Source of the DNA: Cirrosporium novae-zelandiae
Lineage: Eukaryota
Assembly: GCA_026023565.1 (NCBI GenBank)
Contig: JAPETS010000062.1
Location: forward strand, 62,001 to 106,540
Reading direction: 5' to 3'
DNA length: 44,540 bases
Part shown: positions 1 through 13,600 of the stretch, piece after piece
Numbering within the stretch: the stretch's first letter is position 1
Layout: every line of letters begins with the position of its first letter
Notes under the pieces: model-generated
What the model was told of the DNA's origin: nothing
Seen by the model: only the letters and a program-made list of their open reading frames with translations
The model's database searches: none
Made by a program: the position numbers and the translations under genes

Positions 1-653
1 ACACCTCCACAGTTCCAAGTTCGATATGAAACCCAAACATTCAACACCCTCTCGCCCTAGGGATATCAATTTCAGATCCTTGAATCCCTTTACCAAATAC
101 TTGGCCCCACGCCACCCCTCTCATCGCTCCTTCGATAGTACACTTGCATTATTCTACGGCACTTGGAGGATGCCATTGAACAGTCGTCATATTTTTGAGG
201 AACTGTTCGAATGCGCTTTGTTGAGATATGGATGTTTGGTCATCTAAGCGAGAACGAACAGAACCGACAACGAATCTCTCGTGTAAGTTTCGGGCATTGA
301 TGATGAAGGACTAAATTTAATAGCAACTTCAAATCAAACAACAGACCCGTCACTTGGTCCAACAATATCTTATAAGTTATCTCCAAGCAAACGAATAACT
401 AACCAGGCGTTGTGTATATGACGCTTACCGAAGTGATAGGTTTCAATCCCATCGTCAAGTGTTTGATTATCAGGATAGGTCCTACCTTATGTACAGAGGC
501 AGGCAAGCTGAAACGCCTGATATTCACAGCGGCATCTGGAAACGATCAACCAACCGTCCAAGATTAATGAATTCTCGTTGTATAAACATCGTTCCTAGAT
601 CTTTCACCAGAACTGCTTTCACTCAAATCTCCAAATTTGTGTCGTCGTTATCA

Positions 654-2074
654 TTAAACTTCGGGTTTTTTTCCGTATACGACATAGCTACTCTGGAATC
701 AGTCCTATCAAGTTAATCCTTTTATACCATTCTAGACTCACAATGAAACATAACTATGATATTTAAAGGTTGTCAGTTCCTTCCTCAACCGCATCAGCAA
801 TATTTCCAATTCCTCTCTACTCTTCTTAAGTTCCTTGGTATACCCTCGAAGTAAGAATGCCTGAGCGCCTTCGGTTAGATTCATCAATTCTAATGCACCT
901 ATTTTCTTCAATCGCATATCCTTTGGCCATGGAGATGTCGGAATCTTGAAGATTACCTCCTTGACATTAGAAAACCCGGTCTCGGACATATATTCGCGAT
1001 AGTGAAGCGGAGCATTAGGCTCTGCATTGATTTTTTCTCCAATCTCTTGAAAAGCTTCGCAAACTTCAATATATGCGCAATTTGCTGGAAGATTGTTATC
1101 GTCACATGCAGGTACAGGCAAAACGCAGGCAAGCTCGAGATGCCCACCTGGATTGAGGTGCCTGTGAAATAATTTAGATGAACCACCAATAACAGGGTTC
1201 TGGAGAGTGAATTTACTCATAGCTTTGCTTCACCAGGTGCGGCCAGTCACGGATTGAATGATATAGATCGCGAGCATGGATGTAGTCAAAGCTACCATTT
1301 GAAAATACCCATTCGTCTTCAGCGTCAAAGATTTCGAATTCACAATTCGGTGGGATCCTTTACGGGTCAGTCTGATGCTTTGCAGCCGATTAATAATATA
1401 CCATTGTGGTTGCACAGGTGCAATGTCTATGCCAATAATCTGAGTTTCGTTAGTACTTGGTCCCAATGATTGGCTGAAGGGAAATTCAATTACACTTGCA
1501 GAAGGATACATGTCAGCAAGTTCTATTGCAAATATCCCTAAGCACTCATAAGTTTCATATCATGGAGCATTAGGTGTCTGGAAAAGGGATACCGGTTCCA
1601 GTCCCAATATCTAGCATCTTCTGTGGATTGGGGATTATAGGAGCTAAGAATAGCTTTCCGTTTTGAAGGAGGTGGTATTTATGGTGCTCCATATCAAGCC
1701 TATCAAGCTCGTCATCATCCAGGGGAAGACCGTATTCTAATATTCCAAGGTGAGTGGAGTAAAGAGTGACTTTCTTTGGGGGCTAACCGTGATTACCGAA
1801 CGTCGCATATACCCTACCATTTTCAACCATGCCTTGTTTGATCTCCGCCGCTATAGATGAACAGAAGCTCGTGGCGCTAGCCGCTTTCTTAGTTTCCTCG
1901 GTGTATCATGTCTTAGGGAACAGTACCTAGATTCAGTGTAGCCTTCATCCTCTAGAAATAACTAAAAAGATTTTCTTCAGCATTTATGGTAGACCTAGAA
2001 GGGCGAGGAACGCCCACGTCTGGCTCAATTAATACTTCTGGTGCCTCGGGGTGGTTTAAGGGATCGTCGGCCAT
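654..2074 (-). CDS. SAM-dependent methyltransferase, LaeA/TAM-like fungal family (multi-exon)
   Basis: Manual splicing gives MADDPLNHPEAPEVLIEPD...ENGRVYATFG...LPLDDDELDRLDMEHH...LFLAP...LDIGTGTG (SAM motif I)...GIDIAPVQP...HLNPGGHLE...PWPKDMRLKKIG...YVVYGKKPEV*. ATG at 2074, TAA at 654-656. Several short GT-AG introns; the ORF track shows only fragments. Confidence 0.9.
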
Positions 2075-4978
2075 TATATCTCCTTCCACCAGGAAGGCAA
2101 TCGTTACGTGGTAGTGTAGCGATGATTTTAGAGGCTGATGCGAAATCCATTAGCATATATTTCTTCAAAGGATTAGGACGTATTAAGTACACCTTAGAAC
2201 TAGCTTCATTAGACTTAGGAAGTTGATATGAGGCTGCAGATTAGAATCCTATTGAAAATAACTGCTGAACGCTCTTTCTGGGTTGACAGCTTTTGATATG
2301 TTGAACAGCTAAAACATGGAGACGGCGACTGGTGTAGGCAATGATTAAGAAAAGAGTAATATTTCACTTCAGTATTTACTGCGAATTATAGAAGCTTTTC
2401 CTGGAATGGAAAATAGTTGGCACCACACCCCAACTCTTCAATGGTCAACAAAGCAAGTCTGGTTTATGGAACCATGGAAATATACACGATGAAATGGATA
2501 GTTGGGAGCTCCAGTGCAAAGACCCTTGCGTGGTGTAAAACAGTCGGCGACTGTAATAATTGCTTTTGATGCATTTCTTGGAACTCAGAAAGTGTTGAGC
2601 AGAACCTATTCAGATGCAACTCCAAAAAGCCACTGGAATTTACACGATGCATGGCTCATGTGGCTGTCGCCTATACTAATTATAATATGCATCTTAATAA
2701 TACTTGTTTTAAGCCGACGGAATCTTCACACCTTCGTGAGTGACTTCTGAATTAACTCAAACGTTTTTGAAGAGGACTGCCACTGGCAGTACCTGAATAT
2801 CGACTCAATTTCACCATACAACTGACGGATCAGCACCGGGATTGCATATCTCAAAATCCTTGCAAGCACGTCCGATCTACGGGACCATTATTGAAGAAAT
2901 CATGAAGCTGTTCGATGAACCAAAACCAAAACAGAACGGTAGCCAATCACCAAGTCAGTACCTCATTGTTGTGTAACCCGCCAAAGACGGATTAACCCAT
3001 TGAAATGAGCGAGTATCACTTAGCCAACGACCTTGGAGGCTTGACGAGTTATCATATCCGTTGGCACATGCACGATTTGTCCCGTCATGCAATGCAAACG
3101 AGATCTGATTATCCCACCTTTCTTTTGAGGGCATGGCATGGCACGGCACTTGGCTCTGGTCTCCCTTATCAGAGACAGCTTTCAGAGTATATTATTGATT
3201 ATTTGATGGAATGGTTCCTATATCACGCTCCACCGAATCGACGACGTCATAAGGGGATCCAGACTAGCAGCGACGGGTTTCGATTCTTGGTTTCTCTAAC
3301 GTTCATCCGTGAGCCCCGAGTACTCACTTATACTAGTACGCAATTGCTTCCAGCTTATAGCAGTTGTAGCTTGGTGTATCTGTGGCAAGGTAACTCGCAT
3401 GACTTAACATGCCGCTGCCAATCTGCAATGCAACTTCCTGCGGTGCAAGCTCATAACCCGGGGCAGCATTGTCTTATCCGGAGAGGCCGACGTTTGCGAA
3501 AGATTTAGCTAATATTGTTCTTTCGATTATCAACTGTCAATATGTCAGCTGACTTTGGCATTACCGTTGCTTATTCATACCTTGAGAGAATGTTTAGGCT
3601 TATACCTTTTGGACTAGCACACTTTATTCATGCAATTTTGTCTCCCATAGTTCGTTGCGCATCCTGGCAGTACAGATGATTAGATACATCTTGAACCTTC
3701 CATTGCCATATCCTTGCAGCTCACCAGTACAATAATCATTTCCCCTAAATTCTACATATTATTCACCTATCATCGTTTATAAAATACCCAGGGATGCATC
3801 CCTAGGGAACTCCCCAGGGAGTCTTTCACAAACGCTTGAGCATCCACTAGCGCATCAATCCACAAGACGGGCTTGTGGCTGCAGATTGTCGAGCCATATT
3901 TGGCTGAGGAAATCTCCTGAACTGTGGAAATGACTGCTAGCAACTCATGTGCTGTACTGTACCCATCGAAAGGTTCCCTCGCGACTGCAAGGTGTTCATC
4001 CTTAGGCTCTTCAAAAATAACTCTTTCACATCAATATCATGCGCCGAACTCCCGCAGTATTCCATTCTCCATTGCACCCTTCATTCATTCTTTCATTCTT
4101 TCAATAACACGGAAAATCTAAAGCCCAATAAATTATACTAATCTGAAGGTACTAAGAATGATGAATATTCCCTTTATAATTGAACATTGAATTTATTCTT
4201 GTTTTTGGTATTGGTCCAAGTAAAGTTAAGCAGAGCCAGAAGAAGGAGGTCCCTCTCCTATTCTTCTTTTATCTTTCGAGAAAAAGGTAATGAGGAAATG
4301 TTGAGTTACGCACTGCACCATGCTCAATATAACATGCAATACTAGGTTACTTAGTAACCCGGTCACTTTTTGATAAACTCAACAAGAAAAGGGGGGATCT
4401 GTATATCAAGAAAGTTGGATATAACCTTTGTAGTGTGAACTTTTGCCTTTTTTATATATAGCTTGGACGAAAAAAAAAAGAAATGGAATATTTGTTGATT
4501 AATCTATTATGGTTGTTTTATAGTGGTAGTGGGAAGGATGGTGGTGGAAAAGGATTAGTGGTTTAGATGTATATAAAAGCGTCTTGTGTTGGAAAGGAGA
4601 GCAATAGATAAGAAAAGGGTGGAATCTTTTTGTAGTGGGTGGAGGGCTTATCTGTTTGTGGATGAGATGTAAATTTTAAGATGGGCGACGGGAAACGATA
4701 GATTCCCTTAAGAAGTGTAATGATGTGACTTACTTCTCAGCCTAAAAATAGATATCTGATCTTCTCTTGCGAGTACTTGTTCTTTCTTTCGTCAAATATG
4801 TACATCTATCTAATATATATAATAATTTCCCATTCATTTACGTGCCGTGCCATGCCATGCCATATGCTCTTTAAGTCATACATTACCAATATAATAATAA
4901 TAACATCATCGTTCCGTGAATTCATAACGCCAATCAATCCTCTTCGTCAGATCTTAACCAGATCGGTTGGTTTATCGG

Positions 4979-5557
4979 TTAGATAAGCAGCAGTCCCCCG
5001 CCACCAATTGCCAATAAAACCGTCCACATCACTAGCACCATCTTCACAATATCTCCTTCCCTCATCCCAAACTCCTTTCGCCCTAGTACCCCGCTATCGC
5101 TATCTGTTGTTGACGCGGGGCTCACAATAGCCACACACCCCCTTGTGGTCGGCAATCCATCCCCGATAGCAGTGATAGTCCTCGTGGGACATACGGGTCC
5201 CGTCACCTGCACCGTTATCACAACTGCAGTGGCGTAGACGGCACCCCCTTGAGTCACGGTTGTTGTGGTGGTTACCACATTATTACTGGAGCCCTCGTAG
5301 CAGGACCAGCCGTCTGGACAGCAAGCAGCGTCGCCCGAGTATGAGTCGATAACGCAGTATTGGCCGGCAGAACAGTACCAATGTGTATACCCGATGGATT
5401 TGCATGAGATATCGCTGCCGCCTAGCAACGATGGCGTTTCTAGGTAGCCCGCTGTGTAGTAGACTGTTGTTTGGGAGTATTCAGTTGTGGTACTGTAGTA
5501 GTAGGCGAAAGCGGTGGTGGCGGTTGCCAGTATGGTAGAGAGATGATAGAGAAGCAT
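4979..5557 (-). CDS. Small secreted Cys-rich, Thr-rich protein with C-terminal hydrophobic (TM/GPI-like) tail
   Basis: 192-aa ORF with signal-like N-terminus (MLLYHLSTILATATTAFA), Cys cluster (C..C..C..ACCPDGWSC), Thr-rich stalk and hydrophobic end (MVLVMWTVLLAIGGGGLLLI). Confidence 0.75.
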   Translation of the reverse strand: MLLYHLSTILATATTAFAYYYSTTTEYSQTTVYYTAGYLETPSLLGGSDISCKSIGYTHWYCSAGQYCVIDSYSGDAACCPDGWSCYEGSSNNVVTTTTTVTQGGAVYATAVVITVQVTGPVCPTRTITAIGDGLPTTRGCVAIVSPASTTDSDSGVLGRKEFGMREGDIVKMVLVMWTVLLAIGGGGLLLI

Positions 5558-8340
5558 TGTGGTGGGTTTTGTGGTTGGCTGTGAGGTGATTGTTAGTGAA
5601 TTGTACAGAGGATTTGGAAGGATTGGGAAGTGAGGAGGGGGGGATATACTTAATAAGGCTCAGCAGTTCGGGGAAGAGACTGCAAGGTGGTGTAGAGGTA
5701 TGGGAGGTATATAGTAAAGTAGACAACAGAAGATAGCCAAATGAATGGTTCCGTTGGTTCAATGGAGGTCAACAACACAAGCAACTACCTGTTAATTTGT
5801 ATTCAATTCAATCCAATTCAATTAGCAGTGAGCAGAGAAACATTCATAATCTCGTTTCTATATATATATATTCCAAAAGAATCACAAAATTGAACAGATG
5901 GACAGATTGATCGATTGATTGATTGATTGATAAATGGAAAAATATTTTATTTGTACAAACAGCAGTAGACTACTTAAAAGACCATAGAAAGCAAGAAAAA
6001 AAGGCTGCTTAGCTTGAATAAATTCCTGGGGCTGGGAGCAAATAAAGGTGAAGAAGGCCAAAGACCTTAGGGTGGAGATGGTTGAAAGCTTCTAACGGAG
6101 TAAAGAGGTATGGCTCCGGCGAGAAGCTTGGACGCATCATGCCACAACCAGTTAAGATAGGAGGTCGTGAGTGTTGAAAAGACTTTTTCAGCCATCATTT
6201 ACAACTGTACATCGTATTCTTTGTCTCACTTTATGTAGTGTACACCGCCATAGCAGACAATGATGGAGACATTTAACAAAGCATCATTGTTGGACATCAA
6301 TGGGATGAATGAATTATTCAGTCGAATAGAAGGGGATAGGAAGCGCTATACTCAAATCAACTTCAGAGTTTTCGCTCTTGACGCGTTTTCGACTAAGCGC
6401 TTTCCCCTTTCGGATTAGCGTATGAAACTTACCGGAACAACTTCCGTTCCGACCAATCCAAATCTCCGAAATTCAGCCTCAACTGTTTTTCGTTTTTTTT
6501 GTTTTTTGCGTAGGAGAGCGAAACATTTCATATTTAATTAATAAGAATGAGGCGAGCTACTTCATTACTCTGCGACAGAGGAGGGAGTGGAAGTGGGTTA
6601 AGGCCGTAATCAGTTAGTACGAGAAATCTTTAAGGACATCATTCCTTGCTCACTGGGCCAAGGAGCATCATTGACTACGAAGGTGCCTCATCTTTACCGA
6701 AAACCAAGCAGAGGTAGCTTTTAGAAGCTTGGCATTCAATACTTGGCACGCTTATTGTAACGTTCGATTTTTATATATTTGAGCTGCCTGATTCTGACAA
6801 CATGTTTCCTGGTGTTCTTTATATGGCTTAAATGTTATTTGGCTGAATTTTTGGTCTTCTCTACGAATAGTATCGTCGCCTCCGCCACAAACCTCCTATG
6901 GAGACGCTCTAGTCATGTGCAGGTGTTAACTTTATTACCTTTACTCTCTAGTTGATCAGTATGATATCCAGGCTTACCATCATCCATTCAATCTCTAGGC
7001 AGGAATCTAGAGCTACAAAGCGAGAGCCTGGCCCTAGCTATTGTATTATCCACGGATGTATAGTGGAAATCTTGGGAAATAATGAGCGCCTACACAGATG
7101 TGGCTAGACATCTACTTCAATGTGAATGGAAACGAGAAAGGGTGCTTTATAAAAAATGGGAGACCTCTTTCAGACTGAGAGCGCTGAGATAGATGACAAG
7201 AACAATTTGTAAGAGAATAAAGGATACATGGAACTACATTATTCATCGAGAATCTTCAATGTCCGCCATAACCTAAATGCGACATGTTGGCAATAAAACA
7301 AATCATTATCGTCGTGAATCTTCATATCCCAACTACAACCTCACTACCGAAGAGTTGGATGCTCACAAACATGAATACAGCCACCGTCAAAGATTATCAT
7401 TTGTACAGATACACCGAATCAAATCAAAGGAGAGAATTCTCAACCCATCGACAAGCTGCGAAATGATCTTATGCTCCACAGCCTTATCTACATTCCATCT
7501 GACTGCTTTTTACTAATCCCTTGGCCTTGTACCTAAATACTAGATCTAGGTAAGTTGCTAGCTTTGGTCCTGTTGAACCACCTACTTGATACTTACCCAA
7601 CAAATAATTGAGTCAAGGACCACCCATTGCCATTGCTTCGGAACCAAAACTGCTGATATGCGCCCGTGACGTGCACTGCACCCCACCGTGCAATCCGGCC
7701 TATAACCTCTTTTCTCGAATAAATGGTGCGAGTTTATCCCTTGATACACTATTCACAGCATACTATCCCCTGAACTGTCCCCGAATGGCGCACGCTTGTA
7801 AGGGTGTCATGTAATAATTATAATAGGTCAAGTCACTATTTTCAGGCAGATTCAGGTATCAACTTTTTTGCTGAACCATACTGAGCCTCAAGATCTTATC
7901 ATTGGGCCAATTGACCACCCAGTTTGACTCCCCCTTGCAAGCGTGCGCTATTCAACGACAGTTCAGGAGATCGCATTCTTTGTCATGATACACATAAAGT
8001 AGAGCGGGATACAGATCGGCATAGAGCCTTATATCCTTGCAACTACTGTAGCTCCTAAAAATTCGAAGTAAATAAGTCCACACCTTTCGCCTTTCGCCTT
8101 TCGTTTAAGCGGGAAATCCCTCCCACATGTTACCCAGCATCTCCCATTATTACTACTAGTCGCTAGCAAAGGTGTGTAATACTCTCTGTGTACACTTGCA
8201 GGCTTAATTATATAATCTATCTATCTACATCTACTTACTATCTATTTATTTAAATAACGTCTAAAGTACAAATGAAGACTGCATGGATAAGCATCATGCA
8301 TGCCCCCTCGGAGTCTGTTATAAAATCCAATAAAGGACGC

Positions 8341-8342
<2 letters not shown>

Positions 8343-8374
<32 letters not shown>
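8343..8374. repeat. (GATT)8 microsatellite
   Basis: Eight perfect GATT units; a related imperfect run lies near 5905-5930. Confidence 0.9.
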
Positions 8375-10697
8375 TATATCTCGTGTACCATGACCCATAG
8401 TGGATAAAAAACTCATCCATCCTAGATCTATACTATCGTACGTACATTACATGATGGCACTCTGCAGTGTGGAGTAGAGTAGAGCCGTTGAAGCCATGGA
8501 ACCACGGAACTGAAGCTAGAATCGCATGGATGGCGTCATGTATAGGAGGGAACTACATACCCTTCCCCAATGTCTGCACAGTAAAGAATAGCTGCGGGGA
8601 GTTGTTAATTAGGTAGGTAGTTATTTGTTACTTGGGGATACAGCCGTTTGGCATGGCATATATATGTGTATGCAGAAATGAAAATGGTATTTAGGATGTT
8701 GGCTGGTTGAATAGGTAGCCGATCGGTAGATAATTGGGTTGGGGATTGGTATGGTGTTAATCAGTCGGTGCTGTTTCTGTTTGGATGGATTTGGATTATA
8801 TTGTAATAGATGGTAGATGTCCATGAACGCCTTGGTTTACTAGGGAGCTAGAAGAAGAAGAAAACAATGAAGTGACTTGGTTTCCGACCTCGACTGGAAT
8901 TGGAGAGGTGGGTGGGGGGTTAGATGGATGTAGTTGTCTAGTTGATATCAACGTAGAGGACTGTATATATATATACAGAAGTATGGACCTGGTAGAAGAT
9001 TCCGGGACAGTCTCTAGTTTGGTAAAGGAATGAATTAATGGTTCGAACTTATATTGCGTCGCATATAACGTCAAGTACCCATAGTTGGTCAATTTAATCA
9101 AATGTTGGTTGGTTGTACCCAACTCCAGCACTTTACGCCAAGGACTAATTGTTGTTGAAATGCATAGCCCCCGACCGTTACCCAACCTTAGGTATATGAC
9201 GTTAGGCGTGGTGTAATGCAGGATGCTATGGTTCTTTTTTCTATAGAGAGTATGACAACTTTAACTTCTACCAATATCGGAGGTAGGAGCAATCAAACCA
9301 TGAATCCAAGAAATGAGATAGGATAGGTAATGTTAGCTAGCCATTGGGAGATCGAGTAGTATACATGTAGCTTGCTCTCGAGGAAGGATTCATGAGCCGT
9401 GCTCTAAAGGTGCTCGGGAAATATTTTTGCTCTTTGGCTCTTGGGATCCATACCCTGGGCACATTGAGGAGCATGAATAATACGTTGTTGAGCGTTGTTT
9501 GAGGTAGACGTTGACTTATCTGTTCTGCTATAATAAGAATGTACCATCAACTCACATTGTACACCTCTGACCAACCACGGATGTTCTCAGCCGTACACAG
9601 AGCTTGGGTAGTTAGGTGTCACCTGCTTGTCTTTGTAGAAGCTTATGACATCGTAGCTGATGTTTCTGAACACTTCCTTTCATGCTATGGCTCCCTTCAA
9701 TGCAATTCTTCCCGCCGGTAGAGGATGTCGCACTGCCGTGTTTGTATCGTCTATTCATAACTCCATGCTCTTGTTCAATTGCTTTTTTCCATTTCCATAC
9801 CAGCACATATAGTGGAACGAGCTGAGAATTGGAAAAAAACAAAAAAGGAGTCTGATGCGAGAAGGAGACCGGTCTTGGCCATGACGGAAAAGAACAGGGC
9901 CTAGTTATGAAGTGGACTGTTCATAGGTTAGTTGGGACTCCTGAAGAGATGCGGGAGTTGAAGCAACTGCTCTTGCCGTACCTGATAAGGCTGGCCAATG
10001 ATCTTTGGATAGTTAATCTGCCTTGTCTCATGAATCACGATATTTGGTGGGTTCGTCAATCTCCTTTTGTGGGTTTTAGGGAGGTAGGATTATGAAAGGA
10101 CTGTGTTGCCGTATGCTTATTCGTTTTTGAGTTGACTTTAACTTTGCTTGACATGTTTAGCGCCCGTTGAAATTTTCTGAAATTTTCCGCCTTGATGATT
10201 GTGAAACACCTCAGGCCAACATTCCACAATTACGAGCTAATGTGTAAGTTACTGTACACACAGCCCCCAACAACAACAACTCACAAGAAATAGTTAATTA
10301 TGGACGATCTCTGTCTCACGAGATTGACAGCTGCTGTCCCCATTTACCTTATTTAACCATTATTTACATTGTTCGCAGGGGTTCAATTCCTTCAAGGCTT
10401 TTCTACTGGGATCAAATTCCTGCTTCTGTGGTCCTGTACCACCAACAATCATCACCTTCTAATTTCTATGTTGATCCTACCTAGGGATTTCTATATTGTT
10501 TATCCACGGCAAGAGATTATATTGATGGCTATATAATCATTACCATAGTAATATGTTTCTTATTTTTTTGTGTATGCTTTGTCGTGTCTTCATTTCCTTC
10601 ATTCATTCATTCATTCATTGGCCTCAGGCCTCCTCGTTCTCTTCAAGCATTATTATTTCCTATCGTTTATTACAGGAGAATTGACATTGCGATCCAG

Positions 10698-13600
10698 ATG
10701 AAGCTCCTTCTCTGGCTCTGCGCTATAGCAGCGCATCAAAACGCCTATGGCTTTCCGCTAAACGGACAACACGACAAACAACAATTTCATAAGGTTGAAC
10801 CCCGATCTGCTGGTGTTTCTGGAAGCCCATCTAGCGGCTACAGCAACAGCACTGGCATCTACATTGGAAGCACATCTATTTTGGGCACTGGGTTATCTAC
10901 TGCTTCCATCTCATCATCCACTATTGCATCCTCGACTGGCAATCCTACCATTTCATCTTCAACCCAGCTTCCAGAAAGCACCGGTTCAAGTAGCCTGAGT
11001 TCAATTGGGAACAGTTCATACTCTATTACGCTATCTAGCGCCAGTGGACAAGCATCGAGCTCGAGCAGCTCGCAATTTGCCTTCAATTCTTCAACCGCTA
11101 TTCCAGCTGGAACGGGATCCCTCTCATTTAGCTCGACAACCCGGAGCTATGTCACGTCCAATTCATCCACGGCCACCTTCTTGGGCACTGGAAGCTCGCC
11201 TGCTATCTCGACAAGCCTCTCGTCTACCTTGACATCCATCTCTGCTAATTCGAATAGTACGACTTTATCTAGTTCCTCACTACCAAGCTCTTCTCTGTTA
11301 GGAAATGGGAGCTTGGCTAGTAGCTCTGGGACTATTTTGTCTGCTTCGAGTTCCGCTTCAAGCAGCTCAAACGCGAACAACACACTATCGATATCCAAAT
11401 CCATGTCTTCTGGTTCTTCGAGTGCTTCGTCTTCATCAAGCATCTCATCCTCGGGGTCTGCTCTTCCTGGATCATTAAGTGGCATAACGACAGCGAGCGC
11501 AACAACTACTTCACTCACTCCTAGTCAGTCATCTGACCTAGCTCTTCTCCCCACCATTACTCCAAGTTCTGTTTCAACCGAATCTGTAAGCACTATCACC
11601 GGAGTTACGCAGAACACGGAAATCACTACAACAGATTCCGATGGCCATACCACAATTGTTCCCTTCTTCTGGCATTGTTGGTTCTGCGGAGGTGGAGGTA
11701 TTTTGGCTTTCGGAATTGGTAAGTTATATTAATCCCCTTTTTATAATCTATATCCTAACTTTGCTCCAGGAAGTACTCCTGCTATCTATCCTCCTCCACC
11801 GAATCCTCCAATCGTCAACTGGCCTACAATTACTATTGGCAATGATTACATTCCTACTCCGGGTCCCGAATCAGACGACTCTGACCCGACAGGCTCAGGA
11901 AGTCAATCGTCAACGGCCTCATCCACAAGCTCATCTTCATCATGCACGCAATCAACCGTAGTGACAGACTTCTACGTCTCATGCACTTCAGCTTCGGCTG
12001 GTGCAAGCTCGTCCTCTTGCGTAACATCAACCTCTTTTGTGACTGGATGCGATGAGACTGGAACTACAACAACAACTGTGGGGGTCTGCAGCGCCGTCGA
12101 CAGTGATTCTGATGATAGCCTTCCGGAAGGATTCGTTGATGGGGCAGAGTATCCAAGAGTAAACTTGGACTACACCACTGATGGCTGGACATATACTGTT
12201 GCAGTTATTGCATCAACCGGTGTTGTGACTGCCGCTCCTGGCTCGGCTTCTGGGTCAGCGACAATGGCATCCTCCACAATTCCACCATCGTCTATCAACA
12301 TAACCTCCACATTTATATCAAGTTCAGCGTCATCCTCTGCTTCTGTATCGAGTCCATCGTCTTCGGTAGCGAATGCGACTGTCTCTTCGTTATCGACATT
12401 CTCAACTTCCATAATTAGCTCATCCTCATCTGTGAACTTAACCTCAACCGTGCCAATGACTTCTATGTCAAGTCCAACTCCTACTTCCTCCGACCCCTAC
12501 CCATACACTAAGACTGATATTGAAAACGGAGAGATTATTGCTTGTGAGAGCTCATCTGTTGGAAACGCTGCCGGCTATGCTTATACGGTTTGTGAAGGAG
12601 ATTCGACAACCGTTGGCCTAGTGACTTCCATAGCAGTACGTTACTCCTCGGTAGTGGCTGCAGCTTCAGCTTCATCGGCATCAGCAGCTTCAGCTTCGTC
12701 CGCATCAGCAGCAGCCGCTGCCTCGGCTTCGGCGGCAGCAGTACCAACCGCTAGCTGTGCGTTCTATGATGAAGCCCTCTACTGGACGTTTGTAGTCTAT
12801 GATATGAACTCATGGGTTGATGACGGTTCCAGCTTGAAAGATGAGGAAGGCGGTTGCGGCGACATGACGGGCTGGAAATTTAACACGGATGATGAGGGGA
12901 TCTCGAAAGCTCAATTCAACCTTCCATTCTTTATGAAATCCGGCTGTGTCGAACGCGCGATTGCTTCTGCTGGCGGCCCATCCGGTCTCTCTTGTGATGG
13001 AAATGGCCTCGACCTTAAGACTGCACAAAGGCAAAAGGTAGCAGAGTTGGCGGTATCTAAATTGGCAACTACAGAAGACAAAAGGGACCTTAATGAAGCT
13101 CTCGGTGAGTCACCGATGTCACCAGCAAACGCATCTAGCATGAATCTCTTTGAAAAACGAGAGATCCTCAAGCGTGGTTGTCTTGACTGGATTTTCGGTC
13201 CCAACATTCCAAAGGAGTGGTGGTGCAATGCGCTCATCCCTGGAGTGGACGAATGCATAGCCCAAATTGAAGCCAAAGGTGCCGTCGGTACTGGTAAAGT
13301 CTCCCTATTCTATACAGGCTGGGGTGGTACGCTCCTAGGCCGAGGTGATCTCGCCACCAAGAAGTGGGCCCGCCAGAACCTATGCGGAACCCCTTGGGTC
13401 GATTGGGATGGAATCGTCTCCCTCGCATGGCGAATGAGTACCGAGCTCGCAATCGACAAGCCCTTTGGTAAAAAGGGCCTCAACAAACCGATTGATGAGC
13501 GCGACGCAATTGTCGACCCCTTCCTCAAGCACCTCTCCCAAGCTTATGCTGAAAAAAGCGCCGGTGATGTCTACGTCTTCATCCCCGAAGGTGTCTACAC

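Noticed and set aside
2464..4141. Short ORFs, including the 167-aa ORF at 3005 and a minus-strand LWIDAL word near 3860
   Set aside because: No coherent domain; LWIDAL lacks the surrounding HET-domain context. Possibly old gene debris but not assignable.
6950..7520. Protein-like stretches interrupted by stops
   Set aside because: Could be a pseudogene, but no family motif was recognised.
9539..10150. Short ORFs on both strands
   Set aside because: No consistent frame, splice model or motif.
10584..10697. 38-aa N-terminal extension given by the ORF track
   Set aside because: Starts at GTG; the ATG at 10698 begins a proper signal peptide.
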